Made by a program: the position numbers and the translations under genes. Below, piece by piece: positions 10,464 through 20,906 of a DNA stretch of 64,000 nucleotides. The notes under the pieces are model-generated. The model was given only the letters and a program-made list of their open reading frames with translations, made no database searches and was not told where the DNA came from. Every line of letters starts with the position of its first letter. Position 1 is the stretch's first letter. The DNA lies in assembly GCA_963803435.1 (NCBI GenBank), contig CAWDML010000001.1:1376001-1440000 (forward strand), read 5' to 3'. The DNA is from an uncultured delta proteobacterium (GTDB taxonomy: Bacteria > Myxococcota > Kuafuiibacteriia > Kuafuiibacteriales > Kuafuiibacteriaceae).

Positions 10464-12089
10464 ATGCAGATCGAAGTCAAGAGCATCGGAACTCAGGCAG
10501 CGGGGCTGTGGGCCACGATGAAGCCGCTCCAGAAGGCGCTCATCGTCACCGTGCTGGTCCTCGTGGCCGGCGGCCTCGCCTACGCGTCGTTCGGACGGCC
10601 CGAACCGGCCTACGCGGTGCTGTTCTCCCAGCTCGGCCAGGACGACGCCGCCGGCATCGTCGAAGCGCTCAAGGAGGAGAAGGTCCCCTATCACATCGAG
10701 GCCGGCGGCAGCGCCATCACGGTGCCCGCGGACCAGGTGCAGGAGACGCGGCTCTCGCTGGCGTCGAAGGGCATCCCGCGCGGCGGCGGCGTCGGGTTCG
10801 AGATCTTCGACAAGCAATCGTTCGCCACCACCAGCTTCGTCGAGGAGATGAACTACCGGCGCGCGCTCGCGGGCGAGCTCAGCCGGACCATCGCCAGCCT
10901 GGATCCGATCGAGCACGCGCGCGTGCACATCGCGATGCAGGAGCGCTCGCTCTATCGCAAGGAGGAGAACGCGCCCGCCGTATCGGTGGCGGTCCGCCTC
11001 CGGCCCGGCCGCAGCCTCTCGCAGTCGCAGCTCAAGGGGATCGTCCACCTGGTCTCCTCGAGCGTCGCCAAGCTCACGCCCGACCGCGTCACCGTGGTCG
11101 ACGAGAGCGGCGCCGTGCTCTGGGCCGGGGAGGAGAACGGCGAGGCGACCGCGAAGCAGCGCGAGATCGAGAAGACCCTGCGCGAGCGCATCCGCGAGAT
11201 CATGGACCGCGTCGTCGGCCCCGGGCAGTCCGTCGTCGTGGTGACCGCCACCATGGACACGGCTCAGAAGGAGCGCACCGAGGAGCTCTTCGACAAGGAC
11301 AGCGCGGTGCTGCGCAGCCAGTCGCGCACCGAGCAGACCCGCTACTCGAACGCGCCGACCGGCGGGCTCACCGGCGTCAAGGGCAACCTCCCGGAGAGCG
11401 CCGAGACGCCCAGCGCGCCCCCCTCCGACGGCCGGCTCCCCAAGGACTCGCGGCTGTCCGAGACCAAGAACTACGAGGTCAACCGCGTCACCAACCGCAT
11501 CGTCGAGGACCCGGTGAAGGTGAAGCGGCTCCACATCGCGATCCTGATCAACGGCGCACTCGAATCCTCGACCGCCTCCGCAGCGGGCTCGCTGGTCGGC
11601 AGCGAGGTGGGCGGGCAGCGCGTCGCCGTCAACCTCCAGCGGATCGCCGCCCTGGTGCGCGAAGCGGCCGGGCTCGACATGGACCGCGGCGACCGCCTCG
11701 AGGTCCACAGCATCCCGTTCGCCGATGATCACGAGCTCGCGCAGGCGGCCGCCACCGGCACCGTCACGGCGGCCGTGCCGCCGACGCTCGAGACCTGGCA
11801 CCTCTTCGCAGCGGGGGGCGGCGCATTGCTGCTGCTGGTGATCGCCGCGATGTCGGTGGTCGGAGGCCGGCGGCGCCGCCGCGCGGCCATCGAGCAATCG
11901 AGCAGCGGTCTCGCGCTGCCGGCGTCCGTCGACCAGATCCAGAACGCGCTGGGAGGTGGCGCCACCGCCGCCCTGGAGGCGCCCAAGCCTCCGACCCGCG
12001 AGCGCGTCCGCGAGGCCGTCCGCCGCGACGCCGGGCGGGCCGCCCGCATCCTCTCCGCTTGGCTGCAGGAGACCGAGGAGACCACATGA
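10464..12089 (+). CDS. fliF: Flagellar MS-ring protein FliF
   Basis: Two TM helices, GFEIFD, NYRRALAGELSRTI, ARVHI, NYEV, RGDRLEV. Confidence 0.95.
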   Translation: MQIEVKSIGTQAAGLWATMKPLQKALIVTVLVLVAGGLAYASFGRPEPAYAVLFSQLGQDDAAGIVEALKEEKVPYHIEAGGSAITVPADQVQETRLSLASKGIPRGGGVGFEIFDKQSFATTSFVEEMNYRRALAGELSRTIASLDPIEHARVHIAMQERSLYRKEENAPAVSVAVRLRPGRSLSQSQLKGIVHLVSSSVAKLTPDRVTVVDESGAVLWAGEENGEATAKQREIEKTLRERIREIMDRVVGPGQSVVVVTATMDTAQKERTEELFDKDSAVLRSQSRTEQTRYSNAPTGGLTGVKGNLPESAETPSAPPSDGRLPKDSRLSETKNYEVNRVTNRIVEDPVKVKRLHIAILINGALESSTASAAGSLVGSEVGGQRVAVNLQRIAALVREAAGLDMDRGDRLEVHSIPFADDHELAQAAATGTVTAAVPPTLETWHLFAAGGGALLLLVIAAMSVVGGRRRRRAAIEQSSSGLALPASVDQIQNALGGGATAALEAPKPPTRERVREAVRRDAGRAARILSAWLQETEETT

Positions 12090-13097
12090 CCGATACCAGC
12101 AATCTCGAAGGACCGACGCGCGCCGCCGCGATCCTGTTGTCGCTCGACGAGGAGACCGCCGCCGAGGTCCTCAAGCGGCTCAACGCCGACGAGATCAAGC
12201 GCCTGGCCAGCCGCGCCGGCAAGCTCCGGCCCGCCGGCGAGGAGGCACTCGAGACCGCGCTCCTCGACTTCGAGCGCCTGATGGCGGATCCGATGCAGGC
12301 TGCCTTGCAGCGGCCGGCCGACCACATCCGCGGCCTGGCCCGCCACGCGCTGGGCGCGGAGGCGGCCACCAAGCTGCTGGCGGAGGACCACACGCCCCAA
12401 CCGATCGACCGCATCAGGGCGGCCCGCGTCGACGTGCTGGCCGCGCTGCTCGAGGACGAGCACCCGCAGGTCGCCTCCGCGGTGCTGCTGCAGCTCTCCG
12501 CCGAGCGCGCCGCCCGCATCCTGGCCGAGATGCCCGAGGAGGCTCAGTCCGAGATCCTGCGCCGGATCGGCACCATCGACAGCGTACCTGCGGCGATCGT
12601 GTCGCAGGCCTCCGAGGCCCTGGCCACCGCGCTGCTCGAGGCGGACGCCGTCGGTGAGGAGACCGGGCCCACCGTCGACGGCGTCGGGTTCGCAGCGGCG
12701 CTGCTCAACGCGCTCGGGAGCGAGGACAAGAACCGCCTGCTCGAGGACATGGACCAGCAGAACGCCGAGTTCGCGCAGAAGATCCGGGAGAAGATGTTCA
12801 CCTTCGAGGACCTCGGCCGCGTCGGCTCGACCGGCCTCCAGGTGCTCATGCGCGAGGTCCCGTCGGACAAGATGCTCATCGCGCTCAAGACCGCGAGCAC
12901 CGAGCTCCGCGAGAAGCTGCTCGCGGTCGTGTCGAAGCGCGCCCGCGAGACCCTGCTGGAGGATCTCGGCGCTGCTCCCGCCGATGCGCGTCTCCGACGT
13001 CGAGGCGGCCCAGCGCGAGATCACCGAGATCGCGCTCCGGCTCTCGGATCAAGGCCGCCTGGTGCTGCCCTTCGGCTCCGATGAGGAGCTGGTATGA
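12086..13097 (+). CDS. fliG: Flagellar motor switch protein FliG (apparent +1 frameshift ~12966-12972)
   Basis: AAILLSL, EHPQ, GVGFAAALLN, MFTFEDL, SKRA. The C-terminus PPMRVSDVEAAQREI is in the +1 frame. Confidence 0.92.
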
Positions 13098-13685
13098 AGA
13101 GGCCGTACTTCGAAGCGCTCGAGAAGCTCGAGCAGCCGGCGGAGAAGACCGTGCTGGAGACGATGTTCGGCGCACGGAGGCGTCCGATGCTCGGAGCCGG
13201 CGCCATCGCAGAGGTGCGATCCGGCCGCCGAGACCGCCGCCAAGGCCCGCGAGCTGGAGGCCACCCGGAAGCGGTTCCTCGAGACGATCGCGAGCCTCGC
13301 GGCGCACGCGGAGTCCCGCCCCTACGACCCGGCCGAGATCGTCGACCTGGGCGTCGCGGTGGCCGAGGCGATCATCGGGCGGACGCTCGGGGCCGATCAC
13401 ACGCTGCTGATCGAACGGGTCAGCGAGGCGCTCGACGTGCTCGAAGGCCAGCGCGCCGTCCGGCTGCGCCTGTCCCCGGTCGATCGCCGGCTGCTCGCCG
13501 ACGAGCGTCCCGACCTCTTGGCGCGCGCGCTCGAGGTGGTCGAGGACCCCAAGATCGCCTCCGGCGGCTGCATCGTGGAGGGCTCGAAGCGGGCGGTCGA
13601 CGCGACCATCGAGGGCCGGCTGGAGAGGTTCAGCCGCGAGCTGAAGCAGCGGCTGATCGAGGGGAGCGACGACCATGCGGCCTGA
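13094..13685 (+). CDS. fliH: Flagellar assembly protein FliH (apparent +1 frameshift ~13215-13220)
   Basis: C-terminal frame contains LSPVD, DPKIASGGCIVE, VDATIEGRL; lies between fliG and fliI. Confidence 0.85.
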
Positions 13686-14976
13686 TCTGACGGCGATGGC
13701 CAGGTCCGTGCTCCGCGAGCAGCCGCGGATGATCGAGCTCGGCCGGGTGATGCGGCTGGTGGGCTTCCTGATCGAGGGAAGGCTGGCCGGCGTGCGCGTG
13801 GGCGGCCTGGTCCGCATCGAGCGCGGCGACGGCGTCGCGCTCGGCGAGGTGATCGGGTTCCGCGACGACCTGGCGCTGATCGTTCCGCTCTCCGACGTGC
13901 GCGGGATCGAGCAGGGCGCCTGCATCTGGCCGATGACCGGCGGCGTCGAGATCCCGGTGTCGGAGTCGATGCTGGGTCGCATCATCGATCCGCTGGGCCG
14001 CCCGCTCGACGGAGGCCCGCCGATCGCCGCCGAGTCCTATGCGTCGCTCTCGGGCGCGCCACCCTCGGTGCGCGAGCGCGCGCGGGTCCTCCAGCCGTTC
14101 GAGACCGGAATGCGCGTGATCGACGGGCTGCTCACCTGCGGGCGCGGCCAGCGGGTCGGGCTGTTCGCGGGCGCCGGCGTGGGAAAGACGATGCTCATCC
14201 GCCAGATCGCCGAGCAAAGCACCGCGGACGTGGTGGTGTTCGGGCTGATCGGCGAGCGCGGCTGCGAGATCACCGATCTTCTGGCCGACGGCGCCCACGA
14301 CCGCTCGGTCATCGTGGCCGCGACCTCCGACCGCTCTCCCATGGAGCGGATCAAGGGCGCGCAGGCGGCCACCTCGGTCGCCGAGCACTTCGCCCATCGA
14401 GGCGCGAACGTGCTCCTGATCGTCGACTCGCTGACGCGATACGCGATGGCGCTGCGCGAGACCGGCCTGGCCGCCGGAGAGCCGCCCGCCACCAAGGGCT
14501 ACCCGCCCAGCGTGTTCGCCGCGCTGCCGAAGCTGCTCGAGCGGGTCGCTCCATTCGCGAGCGGTGGCTCGATCACCGGCTTCTACACCGTGCTGGTGGA
14601 GGGCGACGACCTGTCCGACCCGGTGGCGGACTCGGCGCGCTCCCTGCTCGACGGGCACATCGTGCTCTCGCGGGACCTGGCGGCGCGCGGACAGTTTCCG
14701 GCCGTCGACGTGCTCGCCAGCGCCTCGCGGGTGGCGCTCCAGGTGACGCCGCCCGAGTGCCACGAGCGCGTCGTCGAGGCGCGCAAGATCCTCTCGATGC
14801 ACCGCGAGATCGAGGAGCTGAAGAGCCTGGGCGCGTACACGGCCGGGGCCCACCCGGAGCACGAGCGCGCGCTCGAGCGCGGACAGCGGCTCCTGAGCTG
14901 GTGCCGGCAGCGCCGCAACGAGCGCTCGACCATTGCAGAGACCATGAAGGGAATGGCGGCGATGACCGCTCGATAG
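13675..14976 (+). CDS. fliI: Flagellar export ATPase FliI
   Basis: GQRVGLFAGAGVGKT, LIGERG, DSLTRYAMALRE, GEPPATKGYPPS, LLDGHIVLSR. Confidence 0.95.
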   Translation: MRPDLTAMARSVLREQPRMIELGRVMRLVGFLIEGRLAGVRVGGLVRIERGDGVALGEVIGFRDDLALIVPLSDVRGIEQGACIWPMTGGVEIPVSESMLGRIIDPLGRPLDGGPPIAAESYASLSGAPPSVRERARVLQPFETGMRVIDGLLTCGRGQRVGLFAGAGVGKTMLIRQIAEQSTADVVVFGLIGERGCEITDLLADGAHDRSVIVAATSDRSPMERIKGAQAATSVAEHFAHRGANVLLIVDSLTRYAMALRETGLAAGEPPATKGYPPSVFAALPKLLERVAPFASGGSITGFYTVLVEGDDLSDPVADSARSLLDGHIVLSRDLAARGQFPAVDVLASASRVALQVTPPECHERVVEARKILSMHREIEELKSLGAYTAGAHPEHERALERGQRLLSWCRQRRNERSTIAETMKGMAAMTAR

Positions 14977-14985
14977 GAGAAGGAA

Positions 14986-15423
14986 GTGTCGCAGAAGACC
15001 AAGAGGTTGGCGAAGGTGATCGAGGCGCGCGAACGCGTGCGCGATCGGCACGCGGCGGAGACCGCGGTGGCCGAGCAGATCCTGCAAGCGGCCCGGTCCG
15101 AGCAGGCCGAGGTGGAGCGCCGCGAGAGCGCGTTCCTGGGCAGCCTCGAGCAGATCACCGGGACGCCCATCAACGCCAACGTGCTGATCGATCTCGATCG
15201 GCAGCGGCGGCTCTGGACGGTCTGCGTCGAGCAGGCCGAGCGCCAGGTGGAGCTCCACACCGTCGAGACCGAGCGGCGCCGCGCCCGGCTCCAGGAGGCG
15301 GCGCGCAGCCTGCGGGTATCCGAGCGCGCGCACGAACGCATGACCGCGATCGAGCAGCGCGAGCGCGACCAGCGCGAGCAGCGATTCGCCGACGACCTGA
15401 GCGCCGGCCGGAGGCCCCGATGA
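14986..15423 (+). CDS. fliJ: Flagellar export protein FliJ-like
   Basis: 145-aa coiled coil immediately after fliI, ending REQRFADD. Confidence 0.75.
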   Translation: MSQKTKRLAKVIEARERVRDRHAAETAVAEQILQAARSEQAEVERRESAFLGSLEQITGTPINANVLIDLDRQRRLWTVCVEQAERQVELHTVETERRRARLQEAARSLRVSERAHERMTAIEQRERDQREQRFADDLSAGRRPR

Positions 15424-16388
15424 ACGGGATCGAGAAGAGCACGCCGCGGCGGCTCGAGGTCGCCCCCCGCCGCGCCGCCCCCCAGCCGGAGGCGCCGCCG
15501 GAAGCCGACCAGCGCTTCGATCGCGTGCTCGAGGAGGCCAGCGCCGAGAAGGCGCCGGCGAAGGCCCAGGCGCAGGGCAAGCGCGAGGAGGCCGCGCCCG
15601 CGGCTCGAGAGGATCCGGCGGCGGGACCTGCAGAGCGGCCCGCGAAGGCGGAGCGGAAGTCCGGCGCCGAGCCTGAGGCCGCCGCCGAAGGCGAGGACTC
15701 CGATCAGGAGGGTGCGGATCCGCACGCGCCGCAGCAGGCGCAGATCACCGCAGCTCCGGCGCCGGCGATCGCAGCGCTCGCAGCCCCGCTCGCGAAGGCG
15801 GACGCGCCCGCGGACGCCGCCGCGAAGACCGCTCCCATCCAGGCCGCCGCCGGCGCCGCCGGCGCGGACAAGCCGGCGGAGGCGACGAAGGCGCCCGCGG
15901 TCGAGAAGCCGAAGGAGGAGAAGATCGCGGTTCAGGAGATCGGCAAACCGGTCGAATCTCAACCTGTCCTGCATCTCGAAGCGAAGCTCGACGCGATCTC
16001 CGGCAAGCACGAGATCGCACCCCCGGCCCCGCCCGTGCACGTGGAGCCGGCGCTGGCCGCGGCCTACGAGGAGCCGATCCTGGTCCGGAGCGCGAACCAG
16101 GACCGAGCGGAGATCGTGGTAGGCGACGGCGCCGACCGCGTGGCGCTCACCGTCTCCACGGACGGACACAAGGTGCACGTCGCGGCGCGGTCCTCCTCCA
16201 TCCAGATGGTCGAGGCGATGGCGCGGACCAGCGGAGAGCTGCGCGACGCCCTCGAGCGCAACGGCTATCAGCTCGGCGGTTTCGACGCCCGGCGCGACCG
16301 CCACGCCGACCAGCAGGAGGAGCGGGAGCACGGACACGCGGAGCGGCGGCAGAGCATCATCCTGAAGAAGAAGAGGATCGTGGCTTAG
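15420..16388 (+). CDS. fliK: Hook-length control protein FliK-like
   Basis: Ala/Pro/Glu-rich N-terminus, C-terminal ELRDALERNGYQL module; located before flgD. Confidence 0.75.
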   Translation: MNGIEKSTPRRLEVAPRRAAPQPEAPPEADQRFDRVLEEASAEKAPAKAQAQGKREEAAPAAREDPAAGPAERPAKAERKSGAEPEAAAEGEDSDQEGADPHAPQQAQITAAPAPAIAALAAPLAKADAPADAAAKTAPIQAAAGAAGADKPAEATKAPAVEKPKEEKIAVQEIGKPVESQPVLHLEAKLDAISGKHEIAPPAPPVHVEPALAAAYEEPILVRSANQDRAEIVVGDGADRVALTVSTDGHKVHVAARSSSIQMVEAMARTSGELRDALERNGYQLGGFDARRDRHADQQEEREHGHAERRQSIILKKKRIVA

Positions 16389-16397
16389 GAGGTCACC

Positions 16398-17057
16398 ATG
16401 CAGGTCAACAGCGCACTCACCACGCTCGCTCAGGGCGCCTCGGAGCAGCCGACCCAGGCGGCCGGCACACGCGACGAGTTCCTGCGCCTGCTGGTAGCCC
16501 AGCTCGAGCATCAAGATCCCCTCCAGCCCCAGGACGGGACCGCCTTCGTGGCCCAGCTGGCGCAGTTCGCGTCGCTGGAGCAGGAGGCGCAGACCAACTC
16601 GCTGCTCGGCGTGATCCAGGCCGGACAGGCCTCGAGCGTCCGGGCCGGCTTCACCAACCTCGTCGGACGCTCGGTCAAAGCCCGGTCCGACTCGATCGAT
16701 CTTCCGGCGACCGAGGACATGACGCACTCCGTCCACCTCGGCTCGGCGGCCAACAAGGTCGACGTCGTGATCTACGACTCGACCGGCAAGGCCGTGCGCC
16801 GGATGTCGCTGGGACCCCGGGAGGCCGGGGACGCCGACTTCGCCTGGGACGGCAAGACCGACGACGGCGTGGCGCTCCCCGACGGCAAGTATCGCGTGGA
16901 GGTCGAGGCGACCTCCGCCGCCGGCGGTGACGTCGACGCGTACGCCTGCATCAGCGGACTCGTGTCCGCCATCGACTTTGGAGACGACGGGACGGTCACG
17001 TTCCGCTTGGGCCAGGCGAGCATCACGCCCGCCGACATCATCAGCATCGAGCGCTGA
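16398..17057 (+). CDS. flgD: Flagellar hook capping protein FlgD
   Basis: FLRLLVAQLEHQDPLQP, FVAQLAQF, FAWDGK, PDGKY. Confidence 0.95.
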   Translation: MQVNSALTTLAQGASEQPTQAAGTRDEFLRLLVAQLEHQDPLQPQDGTAFVAQLAQFASLEQEAQTNSLLGVIQAGQASSVRAGFTNLVGRSVKARSDSIDLPATEDMTHSVHLGSAANKVDVVIYDSTGKAVRRMSLGPREAGDADFAWDGKTDDGVALPDGKYRVEVEATSAAGGDVDAYACISGLVSAIDFGDDGTVTFRLGQASITPADIISIER

Positions 17058-17072
17058 GGGAGAGAAGGAATC

Positions 17073-18359
17073 ATGGCTATCTGGTCATCGCTATTGACGG
17101 GATCGAGCGGGCTGAGCGCTTACGGCGACGCCATCGGCATCGTGGGAGACAACATCGCCAACGTCTCGACGACGGGCTTCCGGGGCTCGCGCGCCGGCTT
17201 CAAGGACCTCCTGGGCGGCTTCGGCGCCAACGGGCAGCGGCTCGGCGGCGGCGTGCAGATGTCGGGCGCTCAGGTCCTCTACGGACAGGGCTCGCTGCTC
17301 GGCACCGGACGATCGCTCGACATGGCGATCAACGGCAACGGCTTCTACGTGGTCAAGGGCGACAACCGCGGGATCGAAGGCACGTACTTCTCGCGCGACG
17401 GCCGCTTCGGGTTCGATCAGGACGGGTACATCGTGAACCCCGGCGGGCTGCGCCTGCAGGGCTACGGCATCGATCCGCAGACCGGCACGATGGCCTCCTC
17501 GATCTCGGACCTGAAGCTCGACTCGCAGAGCGCGCCCGCGCTCACCACCTCGGTGGACATGCACCTCAACCTGGACTCGAGCGCGGTCCCCCCGGTCAAT
17601 CCGTGGGACCCGACCGACCCCCAGGCGACGTCGAACTACTCCACCTCCGTCACCGTCTACGACTCGCTGGGCGCCGCCCACCGCGCCGACGTCTACTTCG
17701 TGAACGACGGCAACGGGAACTGGGAGTGGCACGCGCTGGTCGACGGCGGCGAGCTCGACGGCGGCGCGCCCGGCGTCGGCACCGAGATCGCCGGCGGCAC
17801 CCTCGAGTTCGATCAAAACGGCGCCCTGGTCACCGAGTCGGCGAGCTCCCCCGGCGCCGACTTCGTCAACGCCGCCCCCGGCCAGGTCATCGACTTCGAC
17901 TTCGGCGACGCGATCTCCGACGGCGGCACCGGCCTCGCCGGCACCACCCAGTTCGGCTCCGCGTTCAACGTGACCTCGGTGAGCCAGGACGGCTTCGAGC
18001 CGGGCACGCTCGTCGACCTCCGGGTCGGCGACGACGGCACCATCACCGCGCTCTACTCGAACGGCGACTCCCGCGCGGTCGCCCGCGTGGCGCTGGCCCA
18101 GTTCGCCTCCGAGGACGGCCTGGTCCGCTCCGGAAACCAGTTGTTCAGCCAGTCCGCCGACTCCGGCGAGCCGCTCATCGGCGCCGCCGCCACCGGCGGC
18201 CGAGGCTCCATCTCGGCCGGCTTCCTCGAGGGCTCGAACGTCGACCTGGGCGGCGAGCTCGTCACCATGATCGCCTACCAGCGCGCCTTCTCCGCGAATG
18301 CGCGTACGATCACCACGGCCGACGAGATGCTGTCGGAGACGATGAACATCAAGCGGTAG
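17073..18359 (+). CDS. flgE: Flagellar hook protein FlgE
   Basis: GDNIANVSTTGF, DMAINGNGF, VYDSLG, LEGSNVDL, QRAFSANAR. Confidence 0.95.
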   Translation: MAIWSSLLTGSSGLSAYGDAIGIVGDNIANVSTTGFRGSRAGFKDLLGGFGANGQRLGGGVQMSGAQVLYGQGSLLGTGRSLDMAINGNGFYVVKGDNRGIEGTYFSRDGRFGFDQDGYIVNPGGLRLQGYGIDPQTGTMASSISDLKLDSQSAPALTTSVDMHLNLDSSAVPPVNPWDPTDPQATSNYSTSVTVYDSLGAAHRADVYFVNDGNGNWEWHALVDGGELDGGAPGVGTEIAGGTLEFDQNGALVTESASSPGADFVNAAPGQVIDFDFGDAISDGGTGLAGTTQFGSAFNVTSVSQDGFEPGTLVDLRVGDDGTITALYSNGDSRAVARVALAQFASEDGLVRSGNQLFSQSADSGEPLIGAAATGGRGSISAGFLEGSNVDLGGELVTMIAYQRAFSANARTITTADEMLSETMNIKR

Positions 18360-18499
18360 AGCACGCGATCGAATCCGGCCGGTGGCCGCAAGGCCTGGTG
18401 CGCCTCCGGCTCGGTCGATGCTTTGCCGTCGTCGATGGCCATCGAGAAGATCCACAGCGCCACCACCAGCGTCGGTGCGCTACCGCGCGCGAAGGAGAG

Positions 18500-19383
18500 G
18501 CTATCGACCGGGCCCCGGCGCCGAAGCCGTGCACGAGGGCGCGGTGCTCGAGCGCGGAGACTCGGGATCGACGCGCGACGCCGGCGCGCCGGTGGACGAC
18601 GCGGGGACCGGGCCCGACTCCGGGCTGCCGATCACCTGCGCGCCGTCGACGGCCGAGTGCGCGGGAGAGATCGCCCGGATCTGCGCGGTCACCGGCGACA
18701 CCTACCATGAGATCGAGTGCACCAACGGGTGCACCGACGGCACCTGCGATCCGTTGAGCCTGGAGACCGGGTGGAGGGTGGTTCAGTTCAACCTGCTGAA
18801 CGACAGCATCACGACGCCGCCCAACTACGTGTTCGAGCAGGGAGGCCTGGTCGCGATCCAGACCGCCAATCCGCTGGCGTCGGTGTATCTCGACGACACG
18901 CCGCTCCCCGAGTCCATCGTGATCACGGGGCGATTCGCCGTGCAGACGACGAGCGACGACGATCTGATCGGCTTCGTCTTCGGCTGGCAGGACGCCCAGC
19001 ACTTCTATCTAGTCGACTGGAAGCAAGCCCAGCAGAACGACGGCACCTGTGGTCTCGCCGAGGCGGGCGCCGCCTTGAAGGTGGTCTCCTCCACGGTCGC
19101 GATCGAAGACTGCACGGACTTGTGGCGTTCGAGCGGCACCGCCCACGTGAACCCGATCGTTCCCGTCAGCGAGAATCCCAACGGCTGGCAGGACCTGGCC
19201 GACTACGACTTCCGACTCGTCTATCGACCCGGCAGCATCGACCTGAGGATCACCCAAGGCAGCACCGTCGCCGTCAGCATCACGTCGACCGATACGACCT
19301 ATCGAAGCGGCAAGTTCGGGTTCTTCAACTACTCGCAGGAGCAGGTCCGCTACGAGTTCTTCTCAATCTCTCCCTCCGATTGA
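18500..19383 (+). CDS. Thrombospondin C-terminal (TSP_C)-like lectin-fold protein; 5' end unclear or truncated
   Basis: DDDLIGFVFGWQDAQHFYLVDWKQ resembles the TSP_C signature. It is preceded by a DAG-rich linker and a Cys-rich segment. No clean start or signal peptide. Confidence 0.6.
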
Positions 19384-19520
19384 ACCCTCTCGCTCCCTCT
19401 CAAAGCGGACTCGGCCTACGACACCACCCCCGGCGACGAACGTCCCGCCGTCACCTCGAGCGCGCGCTGCCGGTCAGGCAGCGGGGTCCACGGCGGGCCA
19501 TGCATAGCCCAGCGCAGCGC

Positions 19521-20035
19521 TCATGCCTCGGGGTCCGAGTAGAGCCGCCGCGCAAACCAACCGACGACCTCCTCCGAGAGGAACACGTTCGCCAGGGACG
19601 TCCAGGTGCTGCGACCGAGCCCGGTCACCAGGCGCCGGTGGTCGCGGGCGCAGGCGCGCGTCGCCCGGACCATGTCGATCCCCAGGATCGCCGCCGCCGG
19701 CCTGAGCTGGTACGCCGCAGCCAGGATCCAGACGCTCCACGTCGTCAGCCGGCCGGCCAGCCAGAGCCCCTCGACCGGGCTGCAGTCGGCGAGCGCCCGC
19801 GGCAGGTACGTGCGCGCCAAACCGACGTGCTTGACCTCATCCTTGTCAATCCGGCGGAGCAGTCCGCGGAGCACCGGCTCGTCGAGCTCCGCCTCGAGCT
19901 GGCGGAACAGGTGGTGGGCCAGATTCTCCAGGAACAGCTGCATACCCAGCAGCTTGAGACCCGCGTGGGAGGTCTCCTTGATGCCTCTCAGCGCCCGCAG
20001 CGCCCACCTCGCCCTCGCCGCAGGCCGCGGGCTCT
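19521..20035 (-). pseudogene. 3' half of a ferritin-like (di-iron) protein gene
   Basis: LFLENLAH...IDKDEVKHVG (second ExxH/DExxH pair); no 5' half or start. Confidence 0.6.
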
Positions 20036-20325
20036 TCCTGCAGGTGGGTCGATGCGAGGCCTTCGGCCTCGGGATCGCGGAGGCGCTGCGGTTCAGCATC
20101 CCCGTACTCGCCAGCGATACCGACGGCCCCCGAGAGATCCTCTCCGGGAGCCGCGCCGGCATGCTCCTCGGCGGCGCCCGCCCGCTCGAGACCCAGATCG
20201 CCGAGGCGGTGACCCTGTACGCCCGCCACGAGTCGGTCCTCTCGGCGGAGGCGGCCCGCCAGGTCGCCGCGCGGTATACGTGGGAGGCCGCCATCTCGGC
20301 GGTGCATCGCGCGATGGGGACATGA
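20030..20325 (+). pseudogene. 3' fragment of a GT4 glycosyltransferase gene
   Basis: EAFGLGIAEA, PVLASDTDGPREIL and YTWE are GT-B/GT4 C-terminal motifs; no 5' part. Confidence 0.65.
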
Positions 20326-20456
20326 GCGATGCGTTCGTCCAGCCACCGCGCCCCGCGGACCCGCGAGGTGAGCCCAGCCTTACGACGTCGCGGTAAGTGG
20401 TCGCGCGGTCCCGTGCCGGCGCCCGCGTGCTAGATTTGAAGCGGGGCGTCCAGCCG

Positions 20457-20906
20457 ATGCCGCAGATACAGTCGACGATCTCCGCCGCGCTCGCCAGGCT
20501 CGACCCACAGGGCGCCTGGGCGGTCGAGCTACGGAGGACGCTGACCGAGTACGTCGAGCACGAAGACGTCCGCGTCAAGCAAGCCGCGGTCTTCTGGCTG
20601 GCGGGGCTCGGCGCACTGGCGAAGCTCCTCCGCGCGCCCGGCGACGACCCGCACCTTCTCGGTCTCCAGGCGGCCGAGCTGTTCGTCCGAGGGTCGCGGT
20701 ATTGGTTCGAGGTGCTCGGCGAGCAGACCCGGGCCCTCGCCAGGAACAAGAAGGCCATCTTCGCGACGCCCGAGGGCATCGACGTGCTCCATCGTCTCGC
20801 GCGCCTGTCGGTCGATCTCGAGGCTGCCCTCGAGGGCGACGAGGACGCGGCCCGGCGAATCGCGAACGCCCTCGATCCGATGGGAGGTCCTGAGCCATGC
20901 GTTTGA
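20457..20906 (+). CDS. Hypothetical helical protein
   Basis: Coding-like ORF overlapping the start of the next gene. Confidence 0.55.
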   Translation: MPQIQSTISAALARLDPQGAWAVELRRTLTEYVEHEDVRVKQAAVFWLAGLGALAKLLRAPGDDPHLLGLQAAELFVRGSRYWFEVLGEQTRALARNKKAIFATPEGIDVLHRLARLSVDLEAALEGDEDAARRIANALDPMGGPEPCV

